Assembly (NCBI GenBank): GCA_938017985.1
Contig: CALIKS010000017.1
Span: 496 to 64,495 of the forward strand
DNA length: 64,000 nt
Source of the DNA: an uncultured archaeon
Lineage (GTDB): Archaea; Thermoproteota; Nitrososphaeria_A; Caldarchaeales; Calditenuaceae
Direction: 5' to 3'
The notes under the pieces were generated by a model. That model saw nothing but the letters and a program-made list of their open reading frames with translations, did no database searches and had not been told where the DNA came from. Position 1 is the first letter of the stretch. Every line of letters starts with the position of its first letter. Both the position numbers and the translations under genes were made by a program. Of the stretch, positions 57,157-64,000 are shown piece by piece.

Positions 57157-57256
57157 TCCTAATTGGAATGTCTATGCTTAAATATCTATCGGCACACACT
57201 TAGTATAATAGAGGATTAACAAAAATTTTACGAGTCACTCGTTCAAAGTCGCTGGT

Positions 57257-57820
57257 TTAAGATTCTATTCCGACTTTTTTCTCGTATAGATATATTCCAT
57301 CAAGGAATTTACGTGGGTCTTTGTCTCTTACCTTTGTAGCATTTTCAATTAAGCCAGCTGCTAATCCTACCTTTTCTTTGTCAAGCCCTGTCAGGACTAT
57401 TTCCTCACCTTTTACTACTGCTTTTACACCGTCTGGAAGTAGTACTTTCCTAGGAACCTTCTCGCCTATGAAATTCTCGATGAGTAGCTCGTTTCCCCTT
57501 ACTTTTACACTTACAGGAAAGTGAGACTGAATTATCTTCATCTTGTAGGTAAAACCTTGAGTTACACCTATCATCATGTTTTTAATTAGTGAGATTGTAG
57601 TATAGAGCATAGCGACTGCTCGTCTTCCTCTTCCGTTAATCCTAATCTTTAAAATGCCATCTTGAAGACTCATTTCTACGCCTGCATTTATGAAATTTTT
57701 TGTAAGCTCGCCAAGCTTTCCCTTAACCGTTATCGTGTTCGGCGAATTTAGAGTGATCTGTACATCGGAAGGTATCTGCATCGTCTCTTCAACATACTTT
57801 AACTTACTTTCTGTCTGCAT
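57257..57820 (-). CDS. rpl6: 50S ribosomal protein L6 (uL6)
   Basis: Duplicated L6 fold pattern is present (ITVKGKLGELTKNF, THFPVSVKV...). It follows S8 as in the conserved archaeal cluster. Confidence 0.9.
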   Translation of the reverse strand: MQTESKLKYVEETMQIPSDVQITLNSPNTITVKGKLGELTKNFINAGVEMSLQDGILKIRINGRGRRAVAMLYTTISLIKNMMIGVTQGFTYKMKIIQSHFPVSVKVRGNELLIENFIGEKVPRKVLLPDGVKAVVKGEEIVLTGLDKEKVGLAAGLIENATKVRDKDPRKFLDGIYLYEKKVGIES

Positions 57821-57872
57821 ATTATTTGTCTATATTTATGAAAAATTGGCACCTTTAATATGCTTCGTAGGG

Positions 57873-58262
57873 TTAATATACATATCCGAGAAGTTTACCT
57901 CCTATTCGCATTTTTAGCGCCTCTACATGCGACATGACGCCCTTAGTTGTCGTAACTACGATTATTCCGACGTTCTTGCTTGGTAAGTAAAGTTTTGTCC
58001 ACTTTTCATACTCATCCTTCTTTACGCTTACTCTTGGCTTTATAGGCGCTGCTCTATTTATCCTTCCTAATAACTGGACGAGGACTTTTCCACCTCTTCC
58101 GTCCTCGATGTATTCAAAAGCACCTATGTATCCATGTCTCTGAAGCGTCCTGAGAATCTCAGTAATAAGTTTAGAATAATAGTAAATAAACTCTTTGTTC
58201 CTGACAAATTCATTATTCTGTAGTGTCGTAAACAGTCCAGCAACGAGGTCCTTAGCAACCAT
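57873..58262 (-). CDS. rps8: 30S ribosomal protein S8 (uS8)
   Basis: The segments DLVAGLFTTLQNNE, HGYIGAFEYIEDGRGG and TTTKGVMSH are S8-like. I prefer ATG 58262 over the ORF-track start at 58289. Confidence 0.85.
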   Translation of the reverse strand: MVAKDLVAGLFTTLQNNEFVRNKEFIYYYSKLITEILRTLQRHGYIGAFEYIEDGRGGKVLVQLLGRINRAAPIKPRVSVKKDEYEKWTKLYLPSKNVGIIVVTTTKGVMSHVEALKMRIGGKLLGYVY

Positions 58263-58352
58263 ACTTATTACAGAGTTTATAAACATCACAATTTAAATCT
58301 ACACCCGCACGGGACGCCCACCAATAATTTCTATCTTTTACAACTAATTACC

Positions 58353-59090
58353 TTAACGATAGAGAGATTTAATGTTCTGGAAGGTTAATGGACCGCTGAG
58401 ACGAATTACTTGGACTGGTGGCGATGGTAAAGAAACAACGGGTTCTGAGAGAAAACTCTTCAGAAGTCTCAGAGGCGAGTGAAACAAAACCTCGTCAAAA
58501 TATGGACTGCCATAAACAGTAAGCAGTAGCGGTATTATCCGGACCTCTAAGTCGCCTATCCCAATCGCTCTGCTAAGTAGCTCTCTGATAATCACGACTC
58601 TTCTCCTCATCGAGTCTTCAATAGACCTTATTAGACCAATTGTTACGCTTCGCCTCCAGCGCTTACACTCAACCAGATATAGCGAATTTTGGGTAAAGGC
58701 CAGTAAGTCAATCTGTGCCTTATGTTTTCCAATCTTCACCCGAGTGCCTCTAATGACGTTTAATCCTGCGTGCTCGAATAGACATGCAGCTAACTCCTCG
58801 AAGAGACTCCATGTAAGCGAGATTGAAAGCTCTTCTGCAGAGACTCTACTTCCAAATAGAATCATAGCTATCCTTAGTAAATCATCAGTAGTAAGACTCT
58901 TACCATTCTCTATTCCGAACCTCTCAAATACTGATTCAACAATATCCCTTGAGACTCCGGACCATTCTTTTACTGCTTCAAAATCTATTGTGCCAGTCCT
59001 CGAAGACTTTAGCAGCCATAATAATACTCGTCTCTCAGCGGAAGAGATCCTCCTCAGCCGGTCTAACGATTCTTCTCGCACCATCCTCAC
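58353..59090 (-). CDS. wHTH plus restriction-endonuclease-like (Mrr-cat/PD-(D/E)xK) domain protein
   Basis: The core FEELAACLFEHAGLNV...KAQIDLLAFTQNSLYLVECKRW fits the D...E-x-K motif of Mrr-type nuclease domains. The N-terminal part is helical and wHTH-like. Confidence 0.55.
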   Translation of the reverse strand: MRMVREESLDRLRRISSAERRVLLWLLKSSRTGTIDFEAVKEWSGVSRDIVESVFERFGIENGKSLTTDDLLRIAMILFGSRVSAEELSISLTWSLFEELAACLFEHAGLNVIRGTRVKIGKHKAQIDLLAFTQNSLYLVECKRWRRSVTIGLIRSIEDSMRRRVVIIRELLSRAIGIGDLEVRIIPLLLTVYGSPYFDEVLFHSPLRLLKSFLSEPVVSLPSPPVQVIRLSGPLTFQNIKSLYR

Positions 59091-59790
59091 TTATTTTATA
59101 ATTATATCCACGTATTATTACTACTGGGACTCCCTCATCCGCCTGTCCCATTACTAGCTCCGCTGCAGATGCTAATTCATCGGCAATACAGACCTGCTTG
59201 CTCCTTAGGACCCGTCCATGAAGGTCTTTCTCGCCTCGTCTATCCCATATAGGCTCGATCCCACTACATCCAATTGCGATATTAATGGCGCCTCTACGGA
59301 ATGGTCTTCCATGCGAGTCTGTAATTATTACTGCGACGTGTTTTCCAGTCAATTCCTCGATGCTTTTCCTTATATTTTTGGCTGACTTGTCCGGATCTAT
59401 TGGAAGAAGTGCGACCATGCCTTCACCCACATTAGATAAGTCTACTCCACTGTTGGCACAAATAAACCCGTGCCTAGTCTCAGTGATTATGACTTCTCCC
59501 CTTATCCTTACTATTCTTAATGCTTCTCGAAGTATCGCCTCTACATGACGCGGGTCCTTGCCAGTCATTGCTGCGATTCTGAGCGCATCTTTACTTGGAG
59601 CGAAATCACTCAGCGGATATACTCTTCCTTCTGATTTTGATACAATTATTTGCGTTACTAAAAATATGTCTAAATCATTAATTTTTAAATTCATTTTTTC
59701 CGCTGCTTCTACGATAATCTTTCCTAAATTATCACCTGACTTTATCATAGGAATTCCACTGATGCCGATGATTTCTATCCGCCTAGTCAT
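59035..59790 (-). CDS. cofE: coenzyme F420-0:L-glutamate ligase (CofE family)
   Basis: CofE pattern is present: IIVSKSEGRV, ANSGVDLSN, LLPIDPDKSA, VIITDSHGRPFRRG, GQADEGVPVVIIRG. Confidence 0.8.
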   Translation of the reverse strand: MTRRIEIIGISGIPMIKSGDNLGKIIVEAAEKMNLKINDLDIFLVTQIIVSKSEGRVYPLSDFAPSKDALRIAAMTGKDPRHVEAILREALRIVRIRGEVIITETRHGFICANSGVDLSNVGEGMVALLPIDPDKSAKNIRKSIEELTGKHVAVIITDSHGRPFRRGAINIAIGCSGIEPIWDRRGEKDLHGRVLRSKQVCIADELASAAELVMGQADEGVPVVIIRGYNYKISEDGARRIVRPAEEDLFR

Positions 59791-59819
59791 TTTTCTTTGC
59801 TCCGGCTCCTCTTTATTGG

Positions 59820-60140
59820 CTAGAATCCTAGCTTTTCGAGGCGTTTCTTCGACCTGATGTTCAGCCCAATCTTTGGGACTGCTTCCCGTGGTTCTTCTCT
59901 GTCCTCAGTCTTTCTCTTGACGAATAATGCGCATTTTCCGTCAGGAAGAAGCTTTAATTGTACGCAGCTAGCATACGGGCATTTGTATCCAATGCATGGG
60001 GAATTAACCCAGTTACACCATGGAGGGTCTCGGCGAAAGTCAAGCGATGCTTGTCCAGGCGTTAGATACTTTCTACACCGGAAGAATCTGCAGAGAGGAT
60101 TGCATACAACAGTCGGTTCTCGGCTCAGAACCCATTCCAA
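59820..60140 (-). CDS. small Cys-rich protein, unknown function
   Basis: 106 aa with 8 Cys (CNPLCRFFRC...CNWVNSPCIGYKCPYASC...C) and a basic C-terminus. It is likely metal-binding. Confidence 0.4.
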   Translation of the reverse strand: MEWVLSREPTVVCNPLCRFFRCRKYLTPGQASLDFRRDPPWCNWVNSPCIGYKCPYASCVQLKLLPDGKCALFVKRKTEDREEPREAVPKIGLNIRSKKRLEKLGF

Positions 60141-60249
60141 CTTCTCTCCCTCAATTATTTTAGTAAATTAATGTTAAAATCACAATATATCTTTTTTATC
60201 ACGCCTTAATTCGCGATTTTAATATTTATACATAGGCATTAGTAATCAA

Positions 60250-61992
60250 TTATTTCTTCTCAGCCGGTCTTGGTCTAGCTTTTTTCAAGAATAGTACGAC
60301 AGAAAATGCGAGTGTGAATACAAAGAATATACTCGCAATTATTGTTGCCACAGTATCCATGCTCATCAACCTGCCTGCCATTGATATTCCTCTCAGTCTA
60401 ATTGTCTCTATTGCAGGTTCAATGACGAGTATTCTTCTCCTCTCAATTATGTTTCCATCTTGATATATGTCTATTGTTATTATGCCTCTAGAAGGAGCTA
60501 TGATGCTATACTCGCCAACTCCCTCCTTAGTAACTTGAAGTTTCTCTCCACCCTTATAGGCCACTATTTCTAAGTCTTTAACCGGCAAACCAAACCAATC
60601 TATGATCTTTAGCACAACATTTATGTCTACTCCCTTTACAATGATTACTGCCTGTTCCTGCATTATATTAATCTCGCCTGACTCAACAACGTCTCCTAAA
60701 TATGTGACTGAGTATATCTGGCGTCCCGGTATCACTCTAAAAACTGCTACACCATTCTCGTCTGTTACTGCTTCACTACTCGCGCCTGTTAATGGGTCCC
60801 GTAACTTTATTAATGCACCATTTAATGGCTCATTATTTGGCTTTACGAATCTTAGAGTTACCTCTTTACGATATAACGTATGGCTGATCGAGGTTTGAGT
60901 AGGAGTGAAGGAAAACTTAAACATAGAAATCGCGTTGTTATCTTTAATAATTACTACTTCGTATTCTCCTGCTCCGTATGGGCCTATTGAGTATGGTAGG
61001 ACGCTGAACGTGGCCTTTCCATCACGGCCAGTCAACGAGTATGTTAAGTTCCCAAACTTAGCAGATTGAAGCAGTACTTTGATACCTGAGACAGGGTTAT
61101 TCTCCTCGTCTAGAATATTGATAACCAGTTTATCAACATCGATGGTATATGTCTTATTAGTGTATCTCTCCAACATGAATGTATCGCTTAATACTTCTAG
61201 ATTCTTTCCAAACGCAGGATATTTCAGGACTATTTTAGCAGTGTATGTACCAGCAATATTTGACGTCGGCATCTCTCCTATCATTACCTCTCCATCTTTA
61301 ACTTGAAAAGATGCAGAATAATTCTTTGCTAATAATAATAGTTCGCCACCTTGTAGTGGATCTCCGGAAGCATCGCTTATCTTAATGCCTAGCTTGGCAA
61401 CCTCAGCTACGACTTCTAATGAGTCGGCACTTGGAACTGGATAATCTATTACTTTATTGATTACTGTAAGATTTTGTAACTTTGCTGAGAGAAAGTATTT
61501 ACCGATGCCGGGCAGTGAGGAAAACGGTAAATCATTTATTACTATGATTCCATCACTTGCCGTCTTTCCTGTCTTCGTTATTTTTCCGCTTTCAGACCTT
61601 ATCGTAATGCTGAGTCCCTCGACGGGGTAGCCATCTACATCAACTATCTTACACTTAAGAGCGCCAAGCTGAAGCTTTAATTCAACCCGTTGCATTGATG
61701 GAAAATCAACTTCAGTATACCCGACACGGATACCTTCGATAATTACAGATATGGCATATCTTCCAGGCGATAAAAGCCTGAAAACTGCTATCCCGTTAGT
61801 CCCCGATTTAAATGACTTTCTGAAGGTCTCATTTGCAATTATGACTTCTATGTTGGGCCTCAGTTTTCCATCATTATCCATCACTACTACTTCTAGCGCG
61901 TTTAATTCTTGTCCTTGAACCTCATAAATCGTCAATGTTAGGGTCAGCATAATCAAAACCAATACTAGGCATGCTCGATAATGATTTATCAT
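60250..61992 (-). CDS. secreted, C-terminally membrane-anchored surface protein with repeated carboxypeptidase-regulatory-like (Ig-like beta-sandwich) domains
   Basis: An N-terminal signal/TM segment and a C-terminal TM plus basic tail (KKARPRPAEKK). At least five repeats of the pattern hhDxxGxPhxGhxhxh......TDxxGhhxFxxhxxGxYxh. Confidence 0.65.
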   Translation of the reverse strand: MINHYRACLVLVLIMLTLTLTIYEVQGQELNALEVVVMDNDGKLRPNIEVIIANETFRKSFKSGTNGIAVFRLLSPGRYAISVIIEGIRVGYTEVDFPSMQRVELKLQLGALKCKIVDVDGYPVEGLSITIRSESGKITKTGKTASDGIIVINDLPFSSLPGIGKYFLSAKLQNLTVINKVIDYPVPSADSLEVVAEVAKLGIKISDASGDPLQGGELLLLAKNYSASFQVKDGEVMIGEMPTSNIAGTYTAKIVLKYPAFGKNLEVLSDTFMLERYTNKTYTIDVDKLVINILDEENNPVSGIKVLLQSAKFGNLTYSLTGRDGKATFSVLPYSIGPYGAGEYEVVIIKDNNAISMFKFSFTPTQTSISHTLYRKEVTLRFVKPNNEPLNGALIKLRDPLTGASSEAVTDENGVAVFRVIPGRQIYSVTYLGDVVESGEINIMQEQAVIIVKGVDINVVLKIIDWFGLPVKDLEIVAYKGGEKLQVTKEGVGEYSIIAPSRGIITIDIYQDGNIIERRRILVIEPAIETIRLRGISMAGRLMSMDTVATIIASIFFVFTLAFSVVLFLKKARPRPAEKK

Positions 61993-62003
61993 GTATTTCG
62001 CAC

Positions 62004-62453
62004 TCAGCTTTGTAGAGCATTAAGCCTGTTATTAAATGCGTTTCGACGTAAAAACTCATTTGCCTCTTCCAAGACTTTTTTCGCTGTCCTATACGTCAAG
62101 ACCTGCAAGGCATCTCTGTATTTCAACCATGCATAGGCTCTATGCTCATAGCTAAGCCTAACACTAGTTGAATTAGTTTTTGCAAGATAGAATATGACCA
62201 TCTTTCTAACGAGCTCCTCACCACTCTTATAAAAATACTCAATAGTTTTTCTGAAGCCATTTATGAGCTCAATATCTCTTATGCCTGTCTCTTCATAAAC
62301 TTCTCTACGAAGCGCATCTATCTCTGTTTCACCTTTCTCTATTCCACCCTTTGGAAAGTCCCAATGACCAGCACCATACAGTAAAAGCAAGAAATACATA
62401 TCATCAAGCATATCGTTGAATATGACTGCACCAGCTGATCGTCGCTCCTTCAT
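62004..62453 (-). CDS. NUDIX hydrolase
   Basis: The Nudix box is GGIEKGETEIDALRREVYEETGI. Confidence 0.85.
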   Translation of the reverse strand: MKERRSAGAVIFNDMLDDMYFLLLLYGAGHWDFPKGGIEKGETEIDALRREVYEETGIRDIELINGFRKTIEYFYKSGEELVRKMVIFYLAKTNSTSVRLSYEHRAYAWLKYRDALQVLTYRTAKKVLEEANEFLRRNAFNNRLNALQS

Positions 62454-62547
62454 CCACGACTCACTAAGGTTGTCCTGTTTATTTTTTAGTAATATCTTTG
62501 AAATAAAGATTTCGCACTTCCCTATTAATAAAAGACTGTAAGTCTCC

Positions 62548-63150
62548 TTATCTGGTTATATCTGGCACGGCTTCTTTTGTTCTCCTAGCAGCTATCTCGG
62601 CCGCCTCATCTAGTATTCTTTTAACTTCGCTATCAACGATGCTGTAACTTTCAGTCTCGGTACCACTCAGTCCTCCTATCTCAAGCGAAATATCTTCAAG
62701 CGAGTCTTGTACTGCCCTAATATTCATGCCGAGCTCAGGCATCGCTCCCCGCACATCTTTGCTAATGTTGTTGACGATTGCCTTGACGGGCATGATTGCT
62801 TCCTTAACTTCCTTAATATCTTTCAGGGTGGATAATCTGTTAATAACTGCTTCAAGAGATAACTGACTCCTAATGACATTGTTGAGTGATTTCCTCATCT
62901 GGCTGAGCTCTGATGCATACATAGCCGCTTTTTCTTGATCACCTTCAGTCTGAGCCTTTACACATGCTTCAAATAATTCTCTTCCACGTCCAGACATGTA
63001 TTGAATCCTAGTTGATAATTTATTATTCATCAAGGAGAGGTTAACAATGACTCTTTCCACGTTTTGCCATACTTGGTCTTCCTTTCTTCTAAACAGTTTC
63101 ATCTTATTCGCAATGTTATGAGATACTCCTGTTTTTATCCACTCTCTCAA
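62548..63150 (-). CDS. ESCRT-III/Snf7-like (CdvB-like) coiled-coil protein
   Basis: 200 aa, all-helical. The pattern GDQEKAAMYASELSQMRK...LEAVINRLSTLKD...AIMPVKAIV...MPELG and an acidic C-terminal region resemble archaeal ESCRT-III paralogs. Confidence 0.4.
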   Translation of the reverse strand: MREWIKTGVSHNIANKMKLFRRKEDQVWQNVERVIVNLSLMNNKLSTRIQYMSGRGRELFEACVKAQTEGDQEKAAMYASELSQMRKSLNNVIRSQLSLEAVINRLSTLKDIKEVKEAIMPVKAIVNNISKDVRGAMPELGMNIRAVQDSLEDISLEIGGLSGTETESYSIVDSEVKRILDEAAEIAARRTKEAVPDITR

Positions 63151-63232
63151 CGAATAATTAGAGATATTCTTAATAGATTCTCGGAGTAATAAGACTTTTA
63201 TTACATGGAAATAATGATGCTGGACTAAATTA

Positions 63233-63859
63233 TCACAATATTTGTAAAAGCATGTTTACGCCCAGTATTATTAATAACGCACTGAGTATAATGCTTATCG
63301 GTTTGATCCAACGTTTCAAAATTTTTTCGCCTCCCTTGCCAGCACTGTAAGAGACGAACGCCAGCCATGCATAATCCATCCATATATGTGAGAAAAACAT
63401 TACAAATATGCCGATCCATGAGGCAAGTATGAACGCGTCTAGAACTAATTTAAAACCAATGGTGAACCACCAAGTTATGAAGGTAGGATTTAATGAAGTG
63501 AATAATAAACCAACGAAGAGTGAGTTCTTAGCGATACTAATACTTGAAGCAACCGCATCGCTATTCTTTCTCTTTACTGCACTTATCAATTGCAAAGCCC
63601 CAAAAAACATAAGTGCCAATGACCCGATAATGGTCACTACTAATGTTAATGACTCGTAGAAAAATATTGTAGATATACCAGCTCCTATTATTAAGACCAG
63701 TGTTAGCTCGACAATCATGTGTCCTGTCGCTATCATTAAACCTGCCTTTATGCCTTGCCTTAACCCCTGAAGAACTGTGGAGACAAATATTGGGCCTGGA
63801 AAAAGCGCGCCTGAAGCTGAGACCAAGATCACCATTGGTATGAAGGACTCCCAGCCCAT
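63233..63859 (-). CDS. LysE/RhtB-family amino-acid exporter
   Basis: About 6 TM helices. The N-terminal PGPIFVSTV...G and overall size are typical of LysE-type translocators. Confidence 0.7.
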   Translation of the reverse strand: MGWESFIPMVILVSASGALFPGPIFVSTVLQGLRQGIKAGLMIATGHMIVELTLVLIIGAGISTIFFYESLTLVVTIIGSLALMFFGALQLISAVKRKNSDAVASSISIAKNSLFVGLLFTSLNPTFITWWFTIGFKLVLDAFILASWIGIFVMFFSHIWMDYAWLAFVSYSAGKGGEKILKRWIKPISIILSALLIILGVNMLLQIL

Positions 63860-64000
63860 TTGTAGCCTTAAAGACTACTTAGTTAATAAACTTTAATAAA
63901 TCATCCTCCATCACCGTTTCTCTTGTAAAAAACCTGAGAAACATTATTGATGTTGCAGAATAGTAATAATTTTAGCTAATCGTTAAATAAAGGGAGAAGC

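Noticed and set aside
1-64000. Search by eye for CRISPR arrays, IS elements, transposases, integrases or long direct/terminal repeats
   Set aside because: I found no regularly spaced repeats, no DDE/tyrosine-recombinase-like ORFs, and no noncoding gap longer than about 165 nt. A computational repeat search would be needed to exclude short att sites.

Overview
Densely coding archaeal chromosomal segment, probably TACK/Crenarchaeota-like. Lineage evidence: Nop5-fibrillarin, GatD/GatE, separate adjacent Kae1 and Bud32, Dph2, r-proteins L19e/L32e/S30e, an intron-containing tRNA-Trp, a stand-alone 5S rRNA and an ESCRT-III-like protein. I support about 75 protein genes, 1 tRNA, 1 5S rRNA and 1 candidate C/D box sRNA. 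Content is mostly housekeeping: a porGDAB-type 2-oxoacid:ferredoxin oxidoreductase operon, an RNA-modification cluster (nop5-flpA-rnhB-NTPase-trm1), gatDE, ADP-forming acetyl-CoA synthetase, isoprenoid genes (mvk, GGPP synthase, UbiA prenyltransferase), a PadR-ABC export operon, Moco genes and a fragmented ribosomal-protein cluster. I saw no CRISPR array, transposase, integrase or obvious IS element. Most interesting region: 47.2-51.5 kb. It holds two convergent, distantly paralogous small wHTH proteins, then a divergently transcribed nurA-like/herA-like/ogg cluster without mre11-rad50. About 1.3 kb there has extreme strand asymmetry, with the + strand almost free of G and T. Other points worth follow-up: (1) a DNA methyltransferase translationally coupled to an unassignable 377-aa protein; (2) an S30e gene with a TTG start that the ORF track missed; (3) a MobB gene whose P-loop lies upstream of any in-frame canonical start, suggesting a +1 frameshift; (4) a low-GC Moco module inside the conserved S8-L6 / L32e-L19e-L18 operon; (5) a pair of paralogous Pol-beta-type nucleotidyltransferases. 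All functional calls come from motif recognition by eye, not from database searches.
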